Assembly (NCBI GenBank): GCA_964413845.1
Contig: CAYPTJ010000008.1
Coordinates: forward strand, 1-43,335
DNA from: an uncultured Candidatus Saccharibacteria bacterium
Lineage (GTDB): Bacteria > Patescibacteriota > WWE3 > 9FT-COMBO-53-11
Reading direction: 5' to 3'
DNA length: 43,335 nucleotides
The position numbers were made by a program, and so were the translations under genes. This document shows positions 34,839 through 43,335 of the stretch, piece after piece. A model generated the notes under the pieces. That model made no database searches. It saw nothing but the letters and a program-made list of their open reading frames with translations, and was not told the origin of the DNA. The first letter of the stretch is position 1, and every line of letters starts with the position of its first letter.

Positions 34839-34905
34839 CTTCGTAAATAATACACGAAACCCCAACCCAGCGAAAGATCCGCGTTAAGTGTATATAATAA
34901 AGGGG

Positions 34906-35952
34906 GTGAAGGAAGCACTGTTATACAAAAAACTAAAAAACAGAGCAGTCCAATGCCAAAACTGTGCCCACTATTGTACCATCCTGCCTCGCCTTGGGCG
35001 AGTCAAGGCGGGCCTTCCAGGAAAACGAGGAATCTGTGGAGTTCGTGAGAATCAAGATGGGAAGTTTTACTCCTTGGTTTATGGTAAAGCTGTCGCCTGT
35101 CATATCGATCCCATTGAGAAAAAACCGTTTTTCCACTTTCTTCCGGGAACTTATTCTCTCTCAATCGCTACCGTCGGCTGCAATTTTGCCTGCCGCAACT
35201 GCCAAAACTGGGATATCTCCCAAAGCCCAAAGTTAAATGGAACAATCGCCGGTGAGAATCTTTCCCCAAAGGAGATTGTAAGACGCGCTAAGGAGAACAA
35301 CTTACCAAGCATCTCCTACACCTATACCGAACCGACGATCTTTCTCGAGTATGCTCTGGAAACGATGAAGCTTGCCAAAAAAGAAGGATTAAAGAACAAC
35401 TGGGTCACCAACGGATTCTTGTCAAAAGAAGCTTTTGAGTCAGTTGCTCCTTACTTAGATGCGGCTAATGTAGACCTAAAAGGATTTACTGAAGAGTTTT
35501 ACCAGGAAAACTGCGGCGGACGGCTTAAACCGGTATTGGAGACCTTAAAAAGAATGAAAGCGAAGAAGATTTGGGTTGAGGTCACTACCTTGGTAATCCC
35601 CACCCTCAACGATACCGAAGATACTTTCAGAGGAATCGCAAACTTTATCAAAAATGAGCTTGGACCAGAAACTCCTTGGCACATCACCCAATTCTCAGGA
35701 GAGATCTCCTGGAAGCTCCAACATCTTCCCGATACACCGGTTGAAACTCTGGAAAAAGCTTACCACATTGGGAAAGAAGCGGGTTTAAAGTATGTCTATA
35801 CCGGAAACGTCCCTGGCTTGGATTCTGAGGATACCTTCTGCCCGAAATGCAGGGTAAAGATGATTGACCGAATGGGATACCAAATTACGCGCTATGACAA
35901 AAACGGTAAATGTGCCAGGTGCGGACAGGACTTAGATCTAATTCTCGATTAG
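34906..35952 (+). CDS. amrS: AmmeMemoRadiSam radical SAM enzyme
   Basis: DPIEKKP..HF.PG, CNFACRNCQN, YTY.EP, YVYTGN. Confidence 0.93.
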   Translation: MKEALLYKKLKNRAVQCQNCAHYCTILPRLGRVKAGLPGKRGICGVRENQDGKFYSLVYGKAVACHIDPIEKKPFFHFLPGTYSLSIATVGCNFACRNCQNWDISQSPKLNGTIAGENLSPKEIVRRAKENNLPSISYTYTEPTIFLEYALETMKLAKKEGLKNNWVTNGFLSKEAFESVAPYLDAANVDLKGFTEEFYQENCGGRLKPVLETLKRMKAKKIWVEVTTLVIPTLNDTEDTFRGIANFIKNELGPETPWHITQFSGEISWKLQHLPDTPVETLEKAYHIGKEAGLKYVYTGNVPGLDSEDTFCPKCRVKMIDRMGYQITRYDKNGKCARCGQDLDLILD

Positions 35953-35976
35953 CTAGTGACTAATGCCTAATGTCTA

Positions 35977-36615
35977 ATGACTAATAATATTGTTTTTGCT
36001 TGCTTCTCTCCTCATCCACCGCTACTTCTACCCACAATCGGATCCGAAGAAGACCGAACAAAGGTCAAAAAGACGATTGTGAGTTTAAAACAGCTTGGTA
36101 AAAAGCTTAAAAAAGCGAATCCCGATCAGATTATTATCTCCGCTCCCCACTCCGATTGGGGCTTCAACGTCCCCTTATACTTTCTTGCGCCGGATTTTAA
36201 AGGAAAGATAGAGCGCTTAGTCACCGGACCTGAACCGCCGGCCTTCTACTTCGAAGAAGGAAAGAGTTTTTGCTCTGAAAAAGGCTTTCACCTTGCGAAA
36301 GGAAAGACGAGCGCCTTAATCGCCTCCGGCGACCTTTCCCACTGCCTTAAAGAAGATGGACCTTACGGCTTTCACCCCGATGGGCCAAAGTTTGACCAAC
36401 AGCTAATCGAATGTCTAAAGAAAAAAGATATCAATGGTTTCTTACGGTTGGATGAGGAGTTTCCCGAGGCTGGTGAATGTGGCTTGCGCTCTTTCTCCTT
36501 CCTCTTAGGAATACTTGAAGCACAAAAAATCAATTGGCAACCAAAAATCCTCTCCTACGAAGGACCCTTTGGAGTCGGTTATCTTGTTGCTGATTTTATC
36601 CTTGGAAAAAGATGA
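35977..36615 (+). CDS. amrB: AmmeMemoRadiSam protein B (Memo/LigB-like)
   Basis: PHPP, ASGDLSH, GECG, YEGPFGVGY. Confidence 0.85.
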   Translation: MTNNIVFACFSPHPPLLLPTIGSEEDRTKVKKTIVSLKQLGKKLKKANPDQIIISAPHSDWGFNVPLYFLAPDFKGKIERLVTGPEPPAFYFEEGKSFCSEKGFHLAKGKTSALIASGDLSHCLKEDGPYGFHPDGPKFDQQLIECLKKKDINGFLRLDEEFPEAGECGLRSFSFLLGILEAQKINWQPKILSYEGPFGVGYLVADFILGKR

Positions 36616-37247
36616 GTCCCCACGCTTTGCTTGCTAAAGCGGCAGTTGAGGCCGCGATCAGCCAGCATCATCTTCTTTCTGTAGAAGAGGCAACGAAGTT
36701 ACTTTCCCAACAAGGAGTGAAGCTACCCCCAAAGCTTCTAAGAGAAAGGTCAGGAACCTTTGTCACTATCGAAAGGAAAGGTGAACTTCGCGGCTGCATC
36801 GGTACTTATCTTCCTTTAAGAAGGATGATCGCTGAGGAGATTATCGCCAATGCGGTAGCCGCGGCCACCAAAGATTATCGTTTCCCTCCTATTCAAGAGG
36901 ATAAGCTACCTTCTCTCTCTTACACGGTTTATCTTTTAGGGGAGCCCGAGCTTGTTGGGGATCTTGCCGAACTTGATCCTCAGAAATACGGGATAATTGT
37001 CAGGACTGCACCTATCAGTGCTCCAAGTGGCACAGATGTTGTTTTTGACGGCCATCTCCCTTATTACAAAGTAACAAGGTTCCTGAGCGTAGCACAGGGT
37101 TCTTATAAATCAGGGCTCCTTCTCCCAGGACTTACGGGAGTTTCCACCGTTGAAGAGCAGATCGCAATCACCTGCCAAAAAGGGGGAATTGACCCTCACC
37201 AAGAGAAGATCATCCTCTACCGCTTCACTACCAGGCGTTTTTCTTGA
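36612..37247 (+). CDS. amrA: AmmeMemoRadiSam protein A (AMMECR1 domain)
   Basis: G.FVTI...GELRGCIGT, D.RF.P, GLLLP. Confidence 0.9.
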   Translation: MSPHALLAKAAVEAAISQHHLLSVEEATKLLSQQGVKLPPKLLRERSGTFVTIERKGELRGCIGTYLPLRRMIAEEIIANAVAAATKDYRFPPIQEDKLPSLSYTVYLLGEPELVGDLAELDPQKYGIIVRTAPISAPSGTDVVFDGHLPYYKVTRFLSVAQGSYKSGLLLPGLTGVSTVEEQIAITCQKGGIDPHQEKIILYRFTTRRFS

Positions 37248-37292
37248 CTTCTTGCTTTTACATCCTATAATATAATAAAGAAGATTTAACAT

Positions 37293-37601
37293 TTGGGCAT
37301 AAGGAGGGAGGACGTGAAGCAAGGGTTTTTAGAAGGGTTTAAAGCTTTGAACCTGAAGAAGGCTCAGAAAGCTGAGGAAGAGGCACAAAAGGAGCTCCGG
37401 AAGCTTAATCTGTTTCAAAAGTTGCTTATCAGATTGGGAAGAAAACACTACCTTGGTAAACGGACCCAACCGGGATGGACAGGTTATCTTCCCTTCTATC
37501 TCTTCTGGTGTTCCCATTGCAGGAAATACTACGTTGATTATCTGCATGGGCTTGAAGGATTCGTAACCTGCTCCCGTTGCTGGATACATTATATCCTTTG
37601 A
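37293..37601 (+). CDS. hypothetical protein with a C-terminal zinc-ribbon-like motif
   Basis: CSHC...CSRC; start uncertain; terminator follows. Confidence 0.6.
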   Translation: MGIRREDVKQGFLEGFKALNLKKAQKAEEEAQKELRKLNLFQKLLIRLGRKHYLGKRTQPGWTGYLPFYLFWCSHCRKYYVDYLHGLEGFVTCSRCWIHYIL

Positions 37602-37610
37602 CCCCTAATT

Positions 37611-37647
37611 AAGGTCGCTTTCCAGAGGAAGCGGCCTTTTTCTTTTA
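37611..37647 (+). terminator. intrinsic terminator
   Basis: AGGTCGCTT/AAGCGGCCT stem followed by TTTTCTTTT. Confidence 0.65.
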
Positions 37648-37664
37648 TCCGCCCGAGGCGGACT

Positions 37665-39170
37665 TCAAACACGAGAGAAGATCCGGTCTCGCAAAAAGAG
37701 GTAAAAAGATGGTAACCGTTTACGAACAACCACCTTACTCTCCCCTACAAACTTAAGCCAAAACTTCATCAAAGTTGTCAAAAAGGTTCGAGGAAGAAGA
37801 GGTGAAAGAACAATTCTATCTAACGTTCTCTCAAACTTAGGATATCTTGCCATCCGCTGATATAACCGCACCAGAAGCTGGAAAAAATAGGCAAAAAACA
37901 ACACCTCTTTCTTTGAAAATTGAGGCTGATCAAGAAAAACCTCATCTCGATAATCAGCGATTGGCCCGGAGATAAACCCCTCTTTAAGGGAGATCTCGTA
38001 CATTTTAGTGTAAGGATAAGGAGTAAAGATATTAGGCACCATCCGGTTGGGATTAATCTGTGCATTCAGTTTGACCGTTTTGAGCACCTTCGCTGGAGTC
38101 TCAAATGGCAAGCCGACGATGTTAAAAGCGAGGGTTTTAATCCCCAGCTGCCGACACTCCCTAAACGCTCTTTTAATCTCTCGATCGGTCATAAAGCGGG
38201 AGAGGACACTCTTTCTCAGATTCTCATCTCCACTTTCCACCCCAAAATAGATAAAATTGCAACCAGCATCCTTTAAGAGTTTTAGAAACTCTGGGGTGGC
38301 AAGGTCTGCTCGGTGATCACAGGCAAAAGGAAGGTTAACCTCCTTTTGGTAAAGCTTGGTAAACTGTGCCAACCACCCTTTCTCAATCCCCAGGATATTG
38401 TCAATAAAACGGACATAAGAGACCCAAGGATAGAACTTGAGCAGTTTTTTAAGATAAAGCATCGTATTTTTGGGACTTCGAAAGCGGGTGTAATGTTCGG
38501 GATCAGGATAAACCTCCCTGATCTTGTGGTTGCAGCAGTAACCACAGCTGTAGGGACAGCCACGGGAAACAATCACCACCGCCGTTTTTGTCTGGGAAGC
38601 CACTAACTGCGAGAAATCAAACAATTCAAAGTCAGGAAGTGGCAAACTATCCAAGGGATAGATCAGCTTTCGAGGTGGATTAGCAACCACCCGTCTCCCT
38701 TCCTTCACCAAGAAATTTGGGATCCTGCCAAACTTTCGTTTCTTCGCTAAAGCCTCACAAAGATCAACCATCGGCCCCTCCCCTTCCCCAACGCAAACAA
38801 TATCTGCCCCTTCCGCCTCAATACAGTCCCAAGGAGCAATTGTCGCATGAACCCCTCCCAAAACCGCCAAAAGTGAGGGGTCAAACTCTCTCGCCCACTT
38901 TAGATACTCTCTTACATACGGAAAAGCGCTGGTTCTAACCGTAAAGGCGATAATATCTGGCTTTTCCTCCGCTAACCTCTGCCTAAAGTCTTCCTTACCT
39001 GCTGGTTCCGTAAGATGTAGCAAAGAGGTTTGTTGGTCCTCCTCTTTTAATACCGCGGAAATGGAAGCTAAACCCTCCGAGTACCAACCGCCTTTGGTGA
39101 TCTCAAACTGGTTGCTTCCTGGCTTTGTCCTGGTCGCAAGAAAATCGGGATAGACAAAAAGAACTTTCAC
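37665..39170 (-). CDS. B12-binding domain radical SAM protein
   Basis: GGVHAT, GEGE, SRGCPYSCGYC, GVESG, GLP.ET. Confidence 0.92.
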   Translation of the reverse strand: MKVLFVYPDFLATRTKPGSNQFEITKGGWYSEGLASISAVLKEEDQQTSLLHLTEPAGKEDFRQRLAEEKPDIIAFTVRTSAFPYVREYLKWAREFDPSLLAVLGGVHATIAPWDCIEAEGADIVCVGEGEGPMVDLCEALAKKRKFGRIPNFLVKEGRRVVANPPRKLIYPLDSLPLPDFELFDFSQLVASQTKTAVVIVSRGCPYSCGYCCNHKIREVYPDPEHYTRFRSPKNTMLYLKKLLKFYPWVSYVRFIDNILGIEKGWLAQFTKLYQKEVNLPFACDHRADLATPEFLKLLKDAGCNFIYFGVESGDENLRKSVLSRFMTDREIKRAFRECRQLGIKTLAFNIVGLPFETPAKVLKTVKLNAQINPNRMVPNIFTPYPYTKMYEISLKEGFISGPIADYRDEVFLDQPQFSKKEVLFFAYFFQLLVRLYQRMARYPKFERTLDRIVLSPLLPRTFLTTLMKFWLKFVGESKVVVRKRLPSFYLFLRDRIFSRV

Positions 39171-39253
39171 TGCGGATCCATTATAAAGTATCTTGACACC
39201 TTAAGCAGAGCAGCCGATAATCAAGACAGCACTCTTAAAACAAGGGAGGAAAG

Positions 39254-39982
39254 GTGGCAAAGAGAGACCCGCGCCATCCGGCGCTTCGGGGTTATCAGGT
39301 ATGGCGGTGGCAGAAGAAAGGAATTCTTGAAGCAGAACCACTTAGGGAAACACCGATTCTTGTTGTTCAAAAGAGAACGCGAGTCCGTCTCACTCCCAAG
39401 TACCGAACAACAATTAGCCAAGGGATCTTTCTTGTTCCCCGCTGGATTCCGGCTCCGAAATATGAACTGGAAAAGTTTTTGCGCCTTTCCACAAAGGAGC
39501 TTGAAGCAAAAGGGATTATCAAGAGAAGGGACGTCCTCTATCTCCTTATCTATCAGCAAGTAGAGGATCTATCCCACCTTTACCGGCAACAGGAGCATAT
39601 CCTTTTTGACGGCGTGCGTACTCAGGCCTTCGATCTTAGGATTAAGCCCTTTATCGTTAGACGAAGGGAAGTAGCAGCGGGTCTTGGGAAGCAAAGAGCA
39701 AAGCAACTACAGAGGATTCGTGTATTGCAGCTTGTCCCCCTTCTTGGTCGCCTGGGGATCCCAGAGATGCCGATACCAGACTGGGAGCTTAAAGGAATCG
39801 TTCACTATCTTGACAATCTTATCTGTGAGCTTGAAGAGATTGTAGAACGTCCGCTAGTTACTCGAAGAAAAAGAGCACAAAGGAGTTTAAGATCCGCCCA
39901 AAGATGGGTTAGAGAGAGGAAGTTTTCTCTTGCCCGAAAACGGCTCCAGAAAGCTCTCCAAAATCTCGCCTGGCCTAAATGA
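39254..39982 (+). CDS. hypothetical basic protein
   Basis: 242 aa, GGAGG SD, terminator downstream; no motif recognised. Confidence 0.7.
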   Translation: MAKRDPRHPALRGYQVWRWQKKGILEAEPLRETPILVVQKRTRVRLTPKYRTTISQGIFLVPRWIPAPKYELEKFLRLSTKELEAKGIIKRRDVLYLLIYQQVEDLSHLYRQQEHILFDGVRTQAFDLRIKPFIVRRREVAAGLGKQRAKQLQRIRVLQLVPLLGRLGIPEMPIPDWELKGIVHYLDNLICELEEIVERPLVTRRKRAQRSLRSAQRWVRERKFSLARKRLQKALQNLAWPK

Positions 39983-39990
39983 GGAAAGTC

Positions 39991-40021
39991 ACGTCCGCAA
40001 ATAACTTGCGGACGTTTTTTT
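39991..40021 (+). terminator. intrinsic terminator
   Basis: ACGTCCGCAA/TTGCGGACGT stem plus a T run. Confidence 0.8.
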
Positions 40022-40074
40022 GCAATGTGCTAATCTTAACCCAAGCAAATTAATAAACCATCTAAGGAGGGAAG

Positions 40075-40515
40075 GTGAAAGAGCTAAGACGGTTTCTTGT
40101 TGTTTGGACTCCGCTTTTTCTCGTCTTTTTCTTAGTTGTCTCTTGTTCGGTATGGGTAAATTCGCACGATTCACCACTTCCACCGCCCGGTGAATATCCA
40201 GTCTCCGAGGTAACCAAGCTTTCCAGCCCATATCTTAATTGGTATGAGATATCTTTTAATGTAGATAAAACCCCGAAGACCTTGAAGATCTCCCCCACGA
40301 GGCTTGGGATCAAGACGGTTGAGGGTTTATCAAAGGCAACGTTCTTGGTTAGTGAGCAGGGTACCTCACTTCAGCTCCCACCTGATTTTGTGGTTGATAA
40401 AAGCAATGTTCTTTTCGAGATTATTTTTGCGGCTTTGGTATTCTCTTTCACTGCGGGAATGCTTTATACGTTTTATACGCATACGGTATATCACATTCCA
40501 CAGTCAAGAAAATGA
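40075..40515 (+). CDS. hypothetical membrane protein
   Basis: AAGGAGG SD, N- and C-terminal TM segments. Confidence 0.65.
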   Translation: MKELRRFLVVWTPLFLVFFLVVSCSVWVNSHDSPLPPPGEYPVSEVTKLSSPYLNWYEISFNVDKTPKTLKISPTRLGIKTVEGLSKATFLVSEQGTSLQLPPDFVVDKSNVLFEIIFAALVFSFTAGMLYTFYTHTVYHIPQSRK

Positions 40516-40546
40516 GCCGATTGGCACTTTGCCTCTCGGCTTTTTT
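40515..40546 (+). terminator. probable terminator
   Basis: AGCCGA/TCGGCT stem plus a T run between convergent genes. Confidence 0.55.
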
Positions 40547-40811
40547 ATTTCTTGCTCCAGTAATCCTCTCCCTCTTTCTCCATCTTCGCCAAGCGGGTGT
40601 AATAGTCAGGAAATTCATTGAGGTGGGCAAGGGCGATTTTCCCCGTCATTAAGGGATCATCGCTGGTGACATTGGTTTTGGGATCGCGTGTCCCATGCTC
40701 GAGCTCTACATCCATCCCCATCCGAAACTGCTCCACATCAAACTTGCTCCAATCAATCCCCAACTCCTCACCGATCGTTTTTGCCTCCTCGGCGGTAAAA
40801 TTGGTTCTCAC
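40545..40811 (-). CDS. DUF5661-like protein
   Basis: F..GM.VELEHG...KIALAHL.E.PDYYTRL. Confidence 0.8.
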   Translation of the reverse strand: MRTNFTAEEAKTIGEELGIDWSKFDVEQFRMGMDVELEHGTRDPKTNVTSDDPLMTGKIALAHLNEFPDYYTRLAKMEKEGEDYWSKK

Positions 40812-41812
40812 CTGCCCTCACCTCCCATCATCCGGTCTCCCCCTGTTTCAACCCCAAAGGCCATCATTGGTACTCCTGGCAAAGCAGCGGATGACTCCGT
40901 GTGGTCTAACACGATCCCGTCATACTTTGCGACGATTGTCTCTTGATGCTTCCCAAAAACGTTGTAAACCCTGGCGATCGGCTGTCCACGCCTTACAACA
41001 TCCCCTGGTTTAGCAAGGTAACGAGTGATTCCTGCAGTTGAACTCACGTGCTGATGGTAATACGTGAGAACCCTACCTTTAAACTCCTCAGGAGGTGAAT
41101 AATTGAAAGGCTCATTTATCGGATTAACCATCTGAAAAAACGCCAAAACGTTCCAGATGGCGCGCACCCCATCCACAATATCCTTCTCATTGACAACATA
41201 CGGTTCTCCCAACTCAAGCGTCATGGCTGGTACCCCTTGCTGAAGACAAACGCTTGAAAGGCTCCTCTCCATCCTCTCCTCCACAGAATCCTCTTCCCTC
41301 TCTCGAACAACCAAAAGTCCTGTTTTCAAACTGATCTCACAAGCTTCCCCATAAACCTTAGGATTAGCAGCGGAAGATTCCGGGTCAAGTAGAGCATGAG
41401 GAATGGAGTCAATCCGATCGTTGTGAAGATCAAGGATAAGGCTGGGTTTTGTCTCTTTAATTTTGGTGAAGATCTTGTGGGCGATCATCTCGGCGAGTGA
41501 GCCTTCTTTTTTACCGGGGAAAGAGCGGTTAAGGTCCTCCTCACTGAGGGCAATCTCTCGGGAAGTACTTTCAAAACCGAAGGGATTAAGAAGGGGAAAA
41601 GCTTTAAGAGAACCTTTAAGAAGGGGGTTCTTGCGCAACCTTTTGAAGATCTCCTGAACAACCACCATCCCCCCCACTTCATCCCCGTGAATACAGGCGG
41701 TAAGCCAAACCACCAGCCCAGGATTTCCGCTTTCTGCCTCCATCAAAGGGAGTCTTCGGGCAGCTAAGTCAGAAGCAGAAAATATTTTAAGAAAGGAGTA
41801 TTCAAACTTCAT
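40808..41812 (-). CDS. succinylglutamate desuccinylase/aspartoacylase (M14-like)
   Basis: IHGDE, DLNRSFPG, DLH, T.ELG, C-terminal biotinyl-like fold. Confidence 0.88.
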   Translation of the reverse strand: MKFEYSFLKIFSASDLAARRLPLMEAESGNPGLVVWLTACIHGDEVGGMVVVQEIFKRLRKNPLLKGSLKAFPLLNPFGFESTSREIALSEEDLNRSFPGKKEGSLAEMIAHKIFTKIKETKPSLILDLHNDRIDSIPHALLDPESSAANPKVYGEACEISLKTGLLVVREREEDSVEERMERSLSSVCLQQGVPAMTLELGEPYVVNEKDIVDGVRAIWNVLAFFQMVNPINEPFNYSPPEEFKGRVLTYYHQHVSSTAGITRYLAKPGDVVRRGQPIARVYNVFGKHQETIVAKYDGIVLDHTESSAALPGVPMMAFGVETGGDRMMGGEGR

Positions 41813-41882
41813 TTCATCTGAATTGTAACTGAGAATAGATCTTCAGGCAAACAGTGTGTTTATCACCCAACAGTTTGAATCA

Positions 41883-42434
41883 TCACAGGTGCTCAGCGCT
41901 AGCAAATTTAAGCAGCTTAGGCTGGCCGTTTGTGCATTCTAAAACGGTTATCCCAGTGTTGGGAGCATGATCGTTCCTTATCAGATAGTCCTTGTAACCC
42001 AAGGAGTATAAAAGGGCCTTGGTGAAAACCCCATGACCGATGATCACTGTGTTTTTGCCCTTGTTCTCTCGAAGAATCTCCTCCCAAGCTTTGCGCGCTC
42101 TTTCCATCACCATATTCAGCGATTCCCTCCCACCAACGAGAAAGTCGAAATCGGGATGATGTTTCTGGATGTAATCAGTCCAATCCTCAGGAGAGGTAGT
42201 AGAAATCTCGCGAAGTTGCTCCGAAACTTTAGGTTTAAGATTAAGGATTTTGCCGACAATTTCGGCCGTCTGCGACGCCCGTGGTAGATCACTTGAGTAA
42301 AGAACTCCGATGTTTTTATCGGAGAGAAATCGCCCCAGAGCTCGAGCCTGTTCTTTACCCAGCTCCGTAATCGCCTCCTTAGGATCATAAGGCGATTCCG
42401 CTTCTTGAGCATGTCGGCAGAAATAGATAATCAT
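41883..42434 (-). CDS. histidine phosphatase family protein
   Basis: RHA, YSSDL.RA.QTA, L.E, ES, GHG. Confidence 0.88.
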   Translation of the reverse strand: MIIYFCRHAQEAESPYDPKEAITELGKEQARALGRFLSDKNIGVLYSSDLPRASQTAEIVGKILNLKPKVSEQLREISTTSPEDWTDYIQKHHPDFDFLVGGRESLNMVMERARKAWEEILRENKGKNTVIIGHGVFTKALLYSLGYKDYLIRNDHAPNTGITVLECTNGQPKLLKFASAEHL

Positions 42435-42594
42435 AAGCGGCCTTAGTTTAGCAGATAAAAATGTTTGCCGATTCGTATAGATTGTTCCAAAAAGAAAAGG
42501 GCTGAAGTATTTTCAACCCTTTATTTCGTCTCCAGTCTCCCACGGCTCTCTTTTTCTGCTTCTGGCTCTTGCCCTGCAACAGATAAGGCATAGG

Positions 42595-42743
42595 TTATGG
42601 AAAAACACCATGGATGAGAACGTACAAAAAGGCCGAAAACCAACCTAAGAGGGTTCCCACCAAAGCACCTCCCATGAAACCGAAACCCACTAGTGTCCTT
42701 ACCTTCTTAGTCTCTTTTTCCAGTTGCTCTTTACAGAGCCTCA
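42595..42743 (-). CDS. possible small membrane protein (MRLCKEQ...); start coordinate approximate
   Basis: GGAGG-rich upstream sequence and one TM helix; short. Confidence 0.35.
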
Positions 42744-43015
42744 TCTCTCTTTCTCCTCCCTCCTTCTCTTTTCTACCGGATACACCTAACCTCGATGAGG
42801 AATTCGGAGAAGACGAATAACCATCACTCCAGGAAGAATCCACCACCACACCAAGATATTAACCAGGTGGAGAAGTCCAGCCGTCTCTTGTGAGAGCATC
42901 TCCCCTCCTTAACGTTAGAGTGCCAACTTTCAAACTTTCTTATAGCACGGTTCGGGAACGATTTCAACCAAAGACTGGGATTATTATACCTCTTAAAATA
43001 GAAAAGCGACCCGGA

Positions 43016-43243
43016 TTATCGAGTCGCTTTCTTTGGGCGGATGAAAATCACCTTGTATTCTACGCAACTAGCCAATACGGCGCAGCCTTTGCACTCTGGA
43101 GGGAAGTCTTCTTCCGACATCGGTTCTAAATGAACCTCATATCCCAGTTCTCTATATAGTTCGACGAACTCTTTCAATCTCTCCCCTCCTCCCGCAAACA
43201 TTTTTCTCCAACCCTCTTTTTCTAACTCTTCCCTTCTTGACAT
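43016..43243 (-). CDS. small hypothetical protein with CxxC
   Basis: AGGAGG SD; EGW...RL.E.VELY..LG.EV.LEP...CxxC. Confidence 0.7.
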   Translation of the reverse strand: MSRREELEKEGWRKMFAGGGERLKEFVELYRELGYEVHLEPMSEEDFPPECKGCAVLASCVEYKVIFIRPKKATR

Positions 43244-43335
43244 CTCTCCTCCTTTCGTCCAAAGGACGGTAGGACTTTGTCCTATTTGGCTTGGGCATCA
43301 ACTATAGATTAGCGCAAAACTAAAGTATTGACAAA

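Noticed and set aside
34845-34887. L19 leader RNA upstream of rplS
   Set aside because: A weak hairpin containing CGCTG is visible, but I cannot support the family match without a covariance search.
42741-42900. Small minus-strand ORF MLSQETAG... with a possible internal TAG
   Set aside because: Only 37 codons and no recognisable family, too weak to call.

Overview
A 43 kb window that looks like chromosomal DNA from a Patescibacteria/CPR bacterium (Microgenomates/WWE3-like). This assignment is inferred from gene content: a compact type IV pilus operon, archaeal-type TpiA, a cupin PGI and an AmmeMemoRadiSam trio, read with standard code 11. The protein-coding genes are mostly ordinary. The unusual part is the tRNA genes. 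Three are 'matryoshka' loci, where an outer tRNA gene is split in its anticodon arm by an insert carrying a complete, sequence-divergent tRNA for the same amino acid (Arg in Arg, Val in Val, Pro in Pro). For Arg and Val the inserts share termini (TCCC-hairpin-GCGGGAGTA ... TCGCGTC). Removing them at those termini restores 76-nt tRNAs split at position 35/36, with the same anticodon as the cargo. A fourth locus has a tRNA-Gln-like 5' half, then a stand-alone GIY-YIG nuclease gene, then an intact tRNA-Gln. A second GIY-YIG cassette sits at tRNA-Glu with a 17-bp 3'-end duplication and no integrase, and a nuclease-less miniature of it sits at tRNA-Leu. A family of short GC-rich palindromes is inserted in tRNA D- and T-loops, in each other, and apparently in-frame in several genes. 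Together this suggests an integrase-free, tRNA-targeting element system, possibly driven by GIY-YIG, that replaces the tRNA it disrupts. The mechanism is inference, and all calls were made by eye without database searches.
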